Program-made: the position numbers and the translations under genes
In this document: one piece after another, positions 25,523-37,900 of the stretch
How the letters are laid out: every line of letters begins with the position of its first letter
How positions within the stretch are numbered: position 1 is the stretch's first letter
The notes under the pieces: model-generated
Seen by the model: only the letters and a program-made list of their open reading frames with translations
Databases searched by the model: none
Told to the model about the DNA's origin: nothing
From: an uncultured virus (IMG/VR IMGVR_UViG_3300042519_000373)
Lineage: Duplodnaviria; Heunggongvirae; Uroviricota; Caudoviricetes
Length of the DNA: 64,000 nucleotides
Virus record (IMG/VR): IMGVR_UViG_3300042519_000373
Location: 1 to 64,000 of that record
Direction: 5' to 3' (one strand)

Positions 25523-27799
25523 ATGAGTATTCAAACCCGCAGAAGACAAAAATTACCACATCCCGGGCCTTGGCTAGGAGTAATTACAAACTACCTTGAT
25601 CCTACGTACATGGGCGGCCTCGAAGTCTCCTTGATTAAGTCTACTCAAGGCCAAGTTACCCTACAGAATGAAACAGTGATTGTTCATTATATGACTCCTT
25701 TTTACGGTGTCACATCTATTAAACACGAAGGTACAAACTCCGCAGATTTTAATGATGTTCAAAAAAGTTACGGTATGTGGTTTGTTCCGCCCGACATTGG
25801 CACAACGGTAATGTGCATGTTTATTGACGGAGATCCAAATTCTGGTTATTGGTTAGGTTGCGTACCTGAGACATTTCAAAATCATATGATTCCTGGTCTT
25901 GCAGCAAGTCAGACCGTGGCAATGACCGCTGAACAAGAAAGAAAATACGGCACTAGAAATGTACCAGTGGGCGAATTTTTAAAGAAAGGTAGAGATCTTT
26001 CTAACCCCAAACCAGACACATATACAAAACCTATACATCCTTTTGCAGATAGACTGCTAGCACAGGGATTACTTACTGATACTATTAGAGGTACTACGAC
26101 TAGTGGTGCCCGACGAGAAATTCCTAGTGCAGTATTTGGTATTAGCACACCCGGCCCCCTTGATCCAAATGGAAAGAAAGGGTACATTGGATATGAAAGT
26201 ATTTCTACTGCACCGGTAAGTAGATTAGGCGGAACACAATTTGTTTTCGACGATGGTGACCAAAACGGCCAGAACGAGCTAGTAAGAATTAGAACTAGAA
26301 CAGGGCATCAAATCTTAATGCACAACAGTCAGGATTTGATCTACATTGGTAATAGCAAAGGATCTGCGTGGGTAGAATTAACCAGCAACGGTAAGATTGA
26401 TATCTATGCCGAAGACTCAATTAGTATTCATACTGAACAAGATTTTAATTTTAGAGCAGATCGAGATGTAAACATTGAAGCTGGTAGAAATATTAATTTC
26501 CGTGCTGAAAAGAACATGGAGACTAATGTTAGCGGACACTATTTTTTAAGCGTTGATGAAGAGACGAGAATTGTTTTTTCAAAGACTAAAGATGAAACTG
26601 TGGGTGCGGCTTCTAAATTAACCATAATAGGTGATTACGAAACATTATGCGGTGCAAGTATTAAGGTCTCTGCTGAAGGCACAATGAATCTAGCGTCTGA
26701 AGGAAATATGCGTCAAAGTACTGGTGCAAGTTTCCATGTAGGTGCCGCCGGAAATTATTATGAAAGTGCTACGGCAATTCATATGAATGGCCCGGCAGCA
26801 GAAGCAGCAGAAACTGCCGAACAAGCAACGGTACCGCCCGATCTTCCACTATACGCACTGCCTAACAGACAAAAATCAGCTGGTTGGGAAAACGGCCAAT
26901 TCTACAAAGCTTCTCCTATTCGAAGTATTATGCAACGTGTTCCTACTCACGAGCCGTGGGATCAACATGAAAATAATAACCCTAAACAGTTTAGTCCCGA
27001 CGCAACAGATAATACCTTACAAAGCAGGGCAAGCAGTGGCGTAGCTGATAATCCAAATATCGGAACACAGAAGCCTGCTAACGATGCAGAATCTATTCCG
27101 GGAACATGCAGTCCTGAATTTGCAAAAGATATTAGAGACTCCGGTGCATCCTCAGGAATTGCAGCAATTAAAGCAGCCTGTGCAAAATTTGGATTAACAA
27201 GCCCGTATGCAGTGGCAGCGTTGCTGGGCATTGCCGGCGGCGAATGCCGTTGGAGACTAGTTGAAGAAAACTTTAATTACAAGACTGATAGATTGTTGCA
27301 GGTCTTTCCTAGTGTGTTCAAAGGTGATCGAGCACTTGCTGACAAGTATTCAGGTAACCCTAATAATACTTTACCTGAATTCTTATACGGATACCAGACC
27401 GCTAAAGGTCGAGGTCTAGGCAATACAGAAGCTGGCGACGGTTCAAAATTTATTGGCCGAGGATACATTCAGCTTACAGGACGTGGTAACTACAGCAGAT
27501 ACGGAACACTAGCAGGTCACGACTTAATTAACAATCCTAAACTTTTAATGGATCCAACAATTGCTGCAGAAGTTAGCGTTAAGTATTTGCTTGACAGAGT
27601 TAAAATGTCTCCGTCTGATCCGGGTTATTTTGCAGCCGCATGTAAAGCTGTTGGGTTTAACACACCTGATATTAAAGCAAAGAAAACTGGGTTTTATAAT
27701 TGTTTCTTGGCACAGCTACAAGGTAAAGTTGTGACGTCTAGTGATGGCACACCTATTGTCGATGGGTCAGGAAACCCTGTAAGAACCGGAGTAAAATAA
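25523..27799 (+). CDS. gp5: Baseplate central spike (gp5-like) with a C-terminal GH19 peptidoglycan hydrolase domain
   Basis: OB-fold 'SYGMWFVPPDIG', 'IRTRTGHQI', beta-helix repeats, then 'GNTEAGDGSKFIGRGYIQLTGRGNY'. Confidence 0.85.
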   Translation: MSIQTRRRQKLPHPGPWLGVITNYLDPTYMGGLEVSLIKSTQGQVTLQNETVIVHYMTPFYGVTSIKHEGTNSADFNDVQKSYGMWFVPPDIGTTVMCMFIDGDPNSGYWLGCVPETFQNHMIPGLAASQTVAMTAEQERKYGTRNVPVGEFLKKGRDLSNPKPDTYTKPIHPFADRLLAQGLLTDTIRGTTTSGARREIPSAVFGISTPGPLDPNGKKGYIGYESISTAPVSRLGGTQFVFDDGDQNGQNELVRIRTRTGHQILMHNSQDLIYIGNSKGSAWVELTSNGKIDIYAEDSISIHTEQDFNFRADRDVNIEAGRNINFRAEKNMETNVSGHYFLSVDEETRIVFSKTKDETVGAASKLTIIGDYETLCGASIKVSAEGTMNLASEGNMRQSTGASFHVGAAGNYYESATAIHMNGPAAEAAETAEQATVPPDLPLYALPNRQKSAGWENGQFYKASPIRSIMQRVPTHEPWDQHENNNPKQFSPDATDNTLQSRASSGVADNPNIGTQKPANDAESIPGTCSPEFAKDIRDSGASSGIAAIKAACAKFGLTSPYAVAALLGIAGGECRWRLVEENFNYKTDRLLQVFPSVFKGDRALADKYSGNPNNTLPEFLYGYQTAKGRGLGNTEAGDGSKFIGRGYIQLTGRGNYSRYGTLAGHDLINNPKLLMDPTIAAEVSVKYLLDRVKMSPSDPGYFAAACKAVGFNTPDIKAKKTGFYNCFLAQLQGKVVTSSDGTPIVDGSGNPVRTGVK

Positions 27800-27804
27800 C
27801 TGAA

Positions 27805-27810
27805 TAAATA
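27805..27810 (+). promoter_or_regulatory. Late promoter core (leaderless-type spacing)
   Basis: (A)TAAATA 5 nt before ATG 27816. Confidence 0.6.
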
Positions 27811-27815
27811 GAGTT

Positions 27816-28250
27816 ATGGCCTACAAAAATATAGTTATAACTCCTCCAAACCTTAAAAATGTAACTACTACTAAAACTAGTCAGTTCTATAAAGGGTTCA
27901 GTACAGTAGACGATACAACTACTAATGTCAAACTCTACGACTATGAATTGATCAAACAAGATATTTTAAATCAATTCAACACTCGTAAAGGAGAAAGATT
28001 AATGAATCCTAATTTTGGTTCAGTAGTCTGGGATCTAATATACGAGCCGTTAACACCTAATGTTAAGCAACAGATCTCTGCAGACATCGATCGGATCCTT
28101 GCATCTGATCCTAGAGTAATTCCTACTCTAGTAAACATTGTTGAACAAGACTACGGATTTCTTTTAGAAATTACATTATCCTATAAAGGTACTGATGTAA
28201 GTGACGGTATGATTTTATCTTTTGATAAGCGTGTCGGCTTGGCAGGGTAA
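27816..28250 (+). CDS. gp25: Baseplate wedge/sheath initiator (gp25-like)
   Basis: 'TRKGERLMNPNFGS..WDLIYEPL...DPRV'. Confidence 0.92.
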   Translation: MAYKNIVITPPNLKNVTTTKTSQFYKGFSTVDDTTTNVKLYDYELIKQDILNQFNTRKGERLMNPNFGSVVWDLIYEPLTPNVKQQISADIDRILASDPRVIPTLVNIVEQDYGFLLEITLSYKGTDVSDGMILSFDKRVGLAG

Positions 28251-28305
28251 TAAACTACGTGGTTTATTTTTCCAATAAATATGCAATATTAAGGTAATTC
28301 GGTTT

Positions 28306-31300
28306 ATGATCCCGTCAACAAATTCAAAACTACTGGTCGCAGAAGACTGGAAAAAAGTATATCAATCTTTTAAGAATTCTGATTTTAAATCTTACGACTT
28401 TGAAACTCTTCGTAGGACAATGATTTCCTATCTCCGCGAAAAGTACCCAGAAGATTTTAACGACTATATTGAATCTAGCGAATATGTTGCACTGATTGAT
28501 CTCATTGCTTACCTAGGACAGAATTTAAGTTTCCGTGTTGACCTTAATGCACGTGAAAACTTTTTAGAAACAGCACAGCGTCGTGACAGCATTTTACGTC
28601 TAGCACAGTTGATCAATTATAATGCCAAGCGTAACACTCCTGCTAATGGATTTTTAAAACTAACAGCAGTTTCTACAACTGATAACGTATTTGATGCTAA
28701 CGGCAGTAATTTAGCAAACACTGTGATCACCTGGAACGATGTTAGTAACACTAATTGGTACCAACAGTTTGTCACTATCATTAACGGTGCTATGCCCGGA
28801 TCTGTTACATTTGGTAAGCCCTATGATAAAAAGACAATCAACGGCATTCCTACAGAACAATACAAGTTAAACACTGCAAATTCTGATGTTCCTGTGTTTG
28901 GCTTTAACAAAACAATTGGCGGCATTTCAATGCCTTTTGAAATCACTAGCTGCGAATTTACCGGCAAGACACATATCTATGAGTCAATACCTAAGCCAGC
29001 TGATCAGTTTAGCTTTATTTTTAGAAACGATAGTAAAGGCAGTGCAAGTGCTAATACTGGCTTCTTTGCACACTTTCGTCAAGGTACATTGAACTTAGCT
29101 TCGTTTGGTGTCGATGCACCTGTGCCGAACGAAATTGTTGGCATTAATGCCAGCAACATTAATGATAACGATGTGTGGCTATGGCAGCTCGATGCTGACG
29201 GAAACTATGACACAAGTTGGTCTAAGGTTCAAGCCCTGAGCGGGAATAACGTAATATATAACAGCTTGAGCAATCAAGAAAGAAATATTTTTGCAGTTAC
29301 TACTCGACAAGACGATCAAATTGATTTAAACTTTGCTGACGGACTGTTTGGAAACTTGCCCAAAGGACAGTTTGTATTGTTTTACAGACAGAGTAACGGA
29401 TTAAAGTATTCTGTTAAGCCTGAACAAATTAACGGGGTCCAAATTTCTTTACCTTATTTTAATAAAATAGGACAAAAGCAACAGCTATCTTTAACATTCA
29501 GTTTACAATACACTGTTAATAACAGTGAAAGTCCTGAGTCAGATGCTAACATTAAATTGAAAGCACCGCAGTCTTTCTACACCCAAAATAGAATGATTAC
29601 TGCCGAAGATTACAACATTGCACCGTTAACTGCGGGTGCAGATATTGTTAAGATTAAGAGTGTTAATAGAATTTCTAGCGGAATTTCTAAGTATTACGAA
29701 CTAAGTGACGTTAGTGGAAAATATTCCGGAACTAATATATTTGGCGAAGATGGTGCGTTATACCAAGAAGATAAGACACTGACATTAGAGTTTTCTTACT
29801 CTAACAAAAACGAAATTTATGCAGCAGTAATTAACAAAATTATTCCTATTGCTGAATCTGCAAGCATGAATAATTTTTACCTAAACTACTGGCCGCGTCC
29901 AGCAGTATCTGACCCTCCAGCAGTATGGACTCAGTCTACTAAAAGTACTAATCAATCTACTGGATATTTTAAAGATGGATTAACTGGGGTAGCTCTACAA
30001 ACAGGTATTTTTGCTGCCAGCAATCTAAGTTATTTAGAGCCCGGTGCTCTTGTTAAGTTCGTTCCGCCACAAGGACAATACTTTTTGTCAAACGGAAACT
30101 TAACAACAATAAGCGATTCAACTACTAAAGATTTTAAATGGGTTAAGACATCATTAATCATTGGTGATGGATCATACGGTGGCCAGGGCAATTTACCTGA
30201 TGGCACCGGCCCTATTATTGTTACACAGAATATTCCTTCGAATGCTATTATAAGAGAAATTATTCCTCCTTTTGACAGTGTATTCAGTTATTCATTACAG
30301 ACTGATATTGTTAATCTTTCCTTGGCCAAAAGAAATTTTGGTCTAAGTTTTGCAGAAGACACTCGCTCATGGTATGTGATTAACGATACCGACCTCGACT
30401 TGACAAATCCTTTTACTATCCTATACCAAAAAGATTCTTCAAACACTAATAAAGATGCCAGCTGGTTATTTGCATTTACTTGGACTGGAATAGGCTACGA
30501 AGTAAAATATAGAATCACAGACTATATTTTTGAAAGTGAACGTGACACTTCGTTCTTCTTTGATTCCACAACAAAGAATTATGATTTTACAAAAAATACT
30601 CTTGTAAAAGATCAGATTAAAATTCTTGGAACTAATCCGTCTCCTGTTAATTACGGAAATGCTATTATTTCATTAACATCAACAGGTACTGGCGGCAGTG
30701 TTTCTGGATTTAACATTATTAATCGAGGCAAGGGTTACGTCTCTACTCCTCAAATCACTATCACTGGCAGTAGTTCTGGAGAGTTTTATCCTGTGTTAAA
30801 AAATGGATCAGTGGACCGTATTATTGTAGTAAATTCAGGTTCAGGGTATAACACACTAACTTCAGTAGTGAGTATTTCTTTTTCTGAAACACAGTATTCT
30901 ACGTTACCGCTTGGTACAGACTATGGTTGGCAAATTGATGGCAATATTGTCGAAGCAGACGGATATATTGAACCTAAAAAAATTCAAGTATCTTTCTTAG
31001 ACGAGTACGAAGACAATCAAATTGAAAACCCAGATGCGTTCACTGACATTGTAGCCCCTGCCTCATTAAGTCCTCAAACTGGATTTAAAGATAAGTTTGT
31101 CTATTTCAAATATGCAGATAACAACTTAACATATTCAATTGTTACTGATGCAGAGATTCTTGCTTATCCTACGGAAGAAGATGTTCCGCAGTCAGCAAAA
31201 GTTGAAGGGCAGTTATTTTATTTCTACGATAAATCAATTAACGTTATTAAACATTATGCAGAAGCAGCAGAAAGCTCGTATATATTACAACCTAGTTATT

Positions 31301-31965
31301 TTGCAAAGCCTGGTAGAACAGGGTTAAAATTTCAATATAGACATAACAGTGGCGACGATCGTAGACTAGATCCTAGCAAGACTAACTTAATTGATATATT
31401 TGTTCTTACACAAACATACGACACTACCTATAGAAATTGGTTAACATCTGAGTCTGGTGGCGAACCTTTGCCTCCTACTAGTTCAGAACTTGAAGAAAAT
31501 TATAGCAGCACCTTAGAACCTATTAAGGCAATTAGCGATCAGTTGATCTACCAACCAGTAAAATATAAAGTATTGTTTGGAACACAGGCAGATAGAAATC
31601 TTCAAGCAACATTTAAAGCAGTTAGAAATAGCACAAGAAGTACAACAGAAAACGAACTAAAATCTAGAATATTAGCAGGCATTGAACAATTTTTTGCACT
31701 TGAAAATTGGGAGTTTGGACAAACATTTTATTTTAGTGAGTTGTCAACATACATTATGAATATAATGTCTCCTGATATTACTAACTTTATCATTGTTCCA
31801 AAAGCAGATGTACCATTTGGCAGTTTGTATGAAATTGCCTGCCAAAACAACGAAATTTTTATCAACGGTGCCGGCGTAAGTAATATTGAAATTATTGATG
31901 CTATCACTGCAAATCAAATTAAAACAACAGCAACTATTATCAATAGTACATTGGGAGTATATTAA
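28306..31965 (+). CDS. gp6: Baseplate wedge subunit (gp6-like)
   Basis: 'DLNARENFLETAQRRDSILRLA', 'FADGLFGNLP', 'QNRMITAEDY'; follows gp25. Confidence 0.88.
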   Translation: MIPSTNSKLLVAEDWKKVYQSFKNSDFKSYDFETLRRTMISYLREKYPEDFNDYIESSEYVALIDLIAYLGQNLSFRVDLNARENFLETAQRRDSILRLAQLINYNAKRNTPANGFLKLTAVSTTDNVFDANGSNLANTVITWNDVSNTNWYQQFVTIINGAMPGSVTFGKPYDKKTINGIPTEQYKLNTANSDVPVFGFNKTIGGISMPFEITSCEFTGKTHIYESIPKPADQFSFIFRNDSKGSASANTGFFAHFRQGTLNLASFGVDAPVPNEIVGINASNINDNDVWLWQLDADGNYDTSWSKVQALSGNNVIYNSLSNQERNIFAVTTRQDDQIDLNFADGLFGNLPKGQFVLFYRQSNGLKYSVKPEQINGVQISLPYFNKIGQKQQLSLTFSLQYTVNNSESPESDANIKLKAPQSFYTQNRMITAEDYNIAPLTAGADIVKIKSVNRISSGISKYYELSDVSGKYSGTNIFGEDGALYQEDKTLTLEFSYSNKNEIYAAVINKIIPIAESASMNNFYLNYWPRPAVSDPPAVWTQSTKSTNQSTGYFKDGLTGVALQTGIFAASNLSYLEPGALVKFVPPQGQYFLSNGNLTTISDSTTKDFKWVKTSLIIGDGSYGGQGNLPDGTGPIIVTQNIPSNAIIREIIPPFDSVFSYSLQTDIVNLSLAKRNFGLSFAEDTRSWYVINDTDLDLTNPFTILYQKDSSNTNKDASWLFAFTWTGIGYEVKYRITDYIFESERDTSFFFDSTTKNYDFTKNTLVKDQIKILGTNPSPVNYGNAIISLTSTGTGGSVSGFNIINRGKGYVSTPQITITGSSSGEFYPVLKNGSVDRIIVVNSGSGYNTLTSVVSISFSETQYSTLPLGTDYGWQIDGNIVEADGYIEPKKIQVSFLDEYEDNQIENPDAFTDIVAPASLSPQTGFKDKFVYFKYADNNLTYSIVTDAEILAYPTEEDVPQSAKVEGQLFYFYDKSINVIKHYAEAAESSYILQPSYFAKPGRTGLKFQYRHNSGDDRRLDPSKTNLIDIFVLTQTYDTTYRNWLTSESGGEPLPPTSSELEENYSSTLEPIKAISDQLIYQPVKYKVLFGTQADRNLQATFKAVRNSTRSTTENELKSRILAGIEQFFALENWEFGQTFYFSELSTYIMNIMSPDITNFIIVPKADVPFGSLYEIACQNNEIFINGAGVSNIEIIDAITANQIKTTATIINSTLGVY

Positions 31966-34900
31966 TGTCTGATGAATTGAATCAGGTGGAAGACAAGAAC
32001 ACACCGAGCACTAGAAAAAGTGTTAATCTATTACCGGTGCTGTTTAGGACAGATAAGAACAGCAAGTTCTTAGCAGGTACTATTGACCAGTTAATACAGC
32101 CCCCTCAATTAAAGAGACTTGATGGTTGGGTGGGTAGTAAAATTACTCCAACATATGATCCAAGCAAAGATTATTATATCGAGTCTAATCTTAAAACTAG
32201 ACAAGATTATCAATTAGAACCTGCATTAGTAGTTACTAATGATATTTTAAAAATTATCAAATCTACAGCATATGATGATTTAATTAATCAACTTGACTTT
32301 GAAGGTGCAAATACTTCGAGACTAGACAGGCTATTTGATCCGCAATTCTATTCATATGACCCTCACATTGACTGGGATAAATTTGTTAACTTTGAAAAAT
32401 ACTACTGGGTTCCTGCGGGCCCAAATTCAATCTCAATCTCAAACCAACAGCGAGAAGTTGTTAGTACATATAATGTAACTGACACTGCTGACGGTTTTAA
32501 TTTTGTGTTTACTCCTGACGGCCTTACTCCGGCCCCTCAAATTACTCTATACAGGGGAGTTACTTATAAATTCAATGTTAAGAGTTTAAGTACATTTTGG
32601 ATTAAGACTTCTAGAATTATCGGGAAAGAAGCCCCATTCAGGGCTAGTACTAACAACGGTATTTCTGAAGGTGAAATAACATTAACCATTGATCACACAA
32701 CTCCTAAAGTTCTTTACTATGTTTCAGAAACAGAAATACTTAATGGCGGCGAGTTTATCATCAAAGATATTGAAGAAAACAGCTTCATTGATGTAGAGAA
32801 AGAAATTTTAGGGAAGAAAAATTATAAGTCTTTCTCCGGAGTTGAATTTACTAACGGGATGAAAATTAATTTTGTTGGCCAAGTATCTCCAGAAACATAT
32901 AAAGATAAAGAATTTGTTGTTGAAGGTGTAGGTACTGAAATTAAATTAGTTGAATTTGATTCTCTAATTGCACCAGAACGCTTTTCTACTGTATTCGATG
33001 AAAGATTTGATAGCGAGAGTTTTGACAAATATGCATTTGACCAATCTATCAATCTTCCTTTAATTCCTGAATATATTACAATTAACAAATCCAGTAAAGA
33101 TAAAAATCCATGGAGTCGCTACAATCGCTGGTTCCACGAAGATGTCATTCGATTAAGTGCAGAACTTAACGGAGTACCGGTGCTGTTACCATTTAGCGAT
33201 AGAGCAAAACGACCAATTGTTGAATTTGAAGCTGATATGCAACTTCATAACTTTGGCAGTTTTGTTAAAAAGAATGTGCAGTTCATTGATACTATTACTA
33301 CTGATGTATTTTCTACAGTTGAAGGTGCGGTTGGATATTACATTGACGGTGAAGAAGTTGGTCAAGGTGACCGAGTAATCTTTACGTCTGACTCTGATAA
33401 TTTTGTTAATAATAAAACTTATATTGTTAATTTTGTAAAAATTGGAGAAAAATTTAGAATCAGTTTAGACGAAGAACTTGACGTTACTCCTCAGATAGGC
33501 GACTCGGTTGTCATTACTAAAGGTACTGTTAAGCGTGGTGAAAACTGGTGGTTCAATGGAACTAATTGGGTATCGAGCCAACAAAAGACTGCATTAAATC
33601 AAGCACCGAGATTTGAGATTTATGATAATAACGGTGTTGCATATAGCAGCCCAGTGTACAAAGAAATTTTCTTAGGATCTAAGATCTTTGGTTATAGTAT
33701 CGGCACTGGCGTTGCAGATTCTGTATTAGGATTTTCTTTAAAATACAAAAATATTTCTAATCAAGCATATTATTTGTTTGAAAATTATTTCATGACTGAT
33801 GTTAATTTTGTTGTCGACGGCAACAATTCTTACTCAGTTCCGGTGTCCAACGGCTTTATAAAAAGGAACGTTAATAGAAACGACTCCGTTTATATCAATG
33901 TGTGGACAGAATCTGCCGGATATCAAATTCCTATTATTCAATACACAGTTGCAGATTCTGTAATTACTGAATTGGAAATTACTGCGGTTGAAAACGCCGG
34001 ATATCAAAATATTGAAGTAGATGTATTCGTCAACGAAGATAAAAAAGTTTTATTGGACGAGTATACATTATATGCATCTGGTAGAAGATATTTTGTAGTT
34101 TTTAAAAATCCAGTAACAGTCGGAGACAGGGTACTTCTTAAAGTTAAAGGGACTGGAAAGCCCAGTCTAACAGGTGCATACGAAACCTCTTTAGGATTTA
34201 CTAATAATCCATTAAACGGACCCATTTCTCAATTTACCCTTTCTGAATTGTCTGATCACGTTAAGACTATGATTGATAGACATCCTAACTTCGTTGGAAG
34301 TTTCCCAGGGACTAGCAATATTAGAGATATTGATCAATTGCCTAGTTACGGCACTAGATTAATCTGCAACAAAAATCCTCTTGCATTTGCTGCATATTTC
34401 ATTGCCAACGACAAATATAATTTATTGTCTGCAACAAGAACAGTAGCACAACATTACAATCAATTTAAATTAGGGTTGATTGATCAAATTACAAAACTTA
34501 AAGGTAATTATACTTCGGCGAAAGCATTAGATATTGCATTATACAATATGAATGTGAATAAAGAAGTATCTTTTCCTTATGCACTAACTGATATGGTTGC
34601 CTACGGTACTGATTTAGTTTCTAGATCGTATCCTGTAACCGACAGCAGGAATAAAAATTATTCATTAGCGTCAACATTTAATTTAACTGAATTGTCTTTG
34701 AGGTCTGTTGTAGTATACAGAACAGACACTGCTGGTAACGTAGTACAATTAGTTCACGGATCTGAATATGAATTTGATCTAGTTGATTCATCAGTCAATA
34801 TCAAAATTGATTTAGTCAAGGGAGACGTTATTACTGTTAATGATTATCCTAGTACTAGGGGGTGCTATGTACCGCCTACGCCAACTAAGTTAGGGCTATA

Positions 34901-37900
34901 TCCTAAATTTGAACCTAAGATTTATCTTGATGACACTTTTGCAGGCGAAGCTAGAAATGTTATTCAAGGACATGACGGCAGTATTATGCTGGCCTTTGAT
35001 GACTATCGAGATGATATAATTTTAGAATTTGAAAAACGAGTCTTTAATAATATTAAGATTAATTACAATCCTGAATTACTAGACATCAATAGTATTCTTC
35101 CGGGTGCGTTTAGAACTAACAAATATAACCTTAAAGAAGTTAATGATATTCTTTCTAGAGAATTTTTAAAGTGGGATGCTTTCTACGGATTTAATTATTC
35201 CTTTAACACTACTGCTACTGAAGATAGAAAAACTTGGAACTATAAAACAGGCAAAGATTTAGTTACTAAATTGCCACTTCCTGGTAACTGGAGAGGTATC
35301 TACAAATATTTCTTTGATACAGATCGCCCTCACACTCACCCTTGGGAAATGTTAGGTTTTCCTATTATGCCTAAATGGTGGATTGATGCATACGGACCTG
35401 CACCGTATACCAAAGGCAATACTATTTTATGGGATGATATTGAAAAAGGTTTTATTAGAGAGCCTAACAATTCCACAGTTAATACAAAATATATTAGAAC
35501 AGGATTGTCTAGAATACTACCAGTTGACGATAACGGAAATCTTTTAGACCCGGCATCAGCTAGTATTGCTACTGGACTAGATTATCTTAGCACAACCGAT
35601 AATTGGAAATTTGGGGATATTGCTCCAGTTGAAGCTGCTTGGAGAAGAAGTGCTTTGTATCCTTTTGCTGTACAGATTTTAATGTCTTTAGCTCAACCTG
35701 CTAGTTATGCAGCTATGCTATTTGACACTAGTCGAATAACAAAAAATCTTGCAGGACAATACGGCTACGGTGAAAATAAAGAATTTGTCAGCTTTGATAT
35801 TCTTAAATTATATCAAGATGTTCTTGACGATCAGGATACTCTTGCCGCTGGGTACAGTGTGTTTTTAATCGAAGCAGGTAAACAAAAAAACAGAAAGTAT
35901 CTATCTGAACTTAAATCTGAATTGAATTTTATTTCCTTTAAACTAAGTCATAAATTGGGCGGATTTGTTAATAAAGAAAAATTTAAAGTTATTGTAGACA
36001 GTGTAAGTCCTAACAGTGTTAGCACCGGAGTTGCATTAGTTAACGAAGATCACGAGATATTTTTAGACAAAAGTAGTCCAGTTAAAAGTTTAGGAATTAG
36101 TGGAGTTATTGTCCAACGAACAGAAAAGGGCTACTCTATTAGAGGATACGATACAAAGAATCCTTACTTCAATTGCTTGATGCCAAATTTCACAGCAACT
36201 GATCCTGCAATTACAGTAGGCGGAAAATCAGAAGCATATGTAGACTGGGCGGCTTCTAGTGCAAATCCTATGACCGGGCTTGATACTACATCAGTTAGTA
36301 CAAATTCTGGATATAGATATTACAAACAAGGGCAAGTAGTTAGATATTTAGGTGGATTCTATCGAGTAAAGATGGGTCACAATTCCGGAGCAGCATTTGA
36401 CTCTGCTAAATTCCAACCACTTCCGGCATTGCCAGTTATAGGCGGAGTATCAGTACGCCGCCCTTCTAAATTTAGTTCAACAATTACAGAAATTCCTTAC
36501 GGTATTGAGTATGAGAACCCTGAAGATATCCATGCAGTTCTATTAGGTTATAGCAAGTGGCTTGAAAGTCAAGGATTTGTTTTTGATGAGTACAACAAAG
36601 ACCTTACAGAAATTTTAGATTGGACATTTAGCTCTAAAGAAATGTTATATTGGACTACCCAAAAGTGGTCAGTCGGCAGTGTAATTACTTTGAGTCCTTT
36701 TGCAAACGGTGTTAAATTTGAAGATACAACCGCAGTAGTTGACGGATTAACTAATGCATTTTATGACTATAGTGTTTTAAAAGCAGACGGTACTGTGCTT
36801 TCTAACAAGTCTATTTCTACTTCAAGAGACGAAAACGTTTTTACAATTAGAACGGTGAATACCACTGACGGGATTTTCTTTGCAAGACTAAATCTAGTAC
36901 AAAAAGAACATACCTTGGTATTGAATAATTCTACTTTGTTCAATGATGTGATCTACGAACCAGAGACTGGATATAAGCAACGTAGAATTAAGTTAATGGG
37001 CTTTATTACTGGCGGCTGGAATGGCGACATGTTTAGTCCCGGCTTCATATATGACGAAGCACAAATTTCTACTTGGGAAAAATTTACAGATTATTCCACA
37101 GGTGATGTGGTATTCTATGCAGGCAATTATTATTCTGCAATTTCAAAAGTTTTAGGTGCAGCTGAATTTAATTTTAACGAATGGTCTGTGCTAGGAGAAA
37201 AACCTGTAGCAGAACTTCTTCCTAACTTTGATTACAAAATTGGTCAGTTTGAAGATTTTTACAGTCTTGATATTGATAACTTTGATGCAACCCAACAAAG
37301 TCTTGCACAACACCTTGTTGGATATAGTCCAAGAAGTTATCTTGATAACATTTTTACTAACGCAACAAGTCAGTATAAATTCTATCAAGGTTATATTAAA
37401 GAAAAAGGTACTAGAAATACAATTAGCAAATTGGCCAAAGCCAGTATTATTTCTCAAGGCGGATTTGTAGATTTCTACGAAGACTGGGCATTTAGGATTG
37501 GTAACTATGGGTCATTCCCTACTAACGAAACATTGGAGCTTACTTTAAATGAATTGCAATTCAAAGAGAATCCACAAATTGTTAAATTTGTTGAAACTGA
37601 ACCAATCATATACAGTGAGTTTATAAGCTATCAGACTCCTGAAAATATTGCTATTAAAACGAGTGATTACTCTAGTACACCTTTTAAAACAACTAGCACT
37701 GCCCTTTCTGACAGTGTAGCTATCTTACCAACTGCTGGTTATGCTAGACTTGATGATGTTACGGCTACTGCCTTTAACAAAGACAGTCTCCTTGACATTG
37801 CTAATAACAGAAGTCTAAAAGATGGAGACACTGTGTGGGTTGGATTCCTACCTAACGGCAACTGGGATATCTACAGATATACTCAGATTTCTACAAGAAT

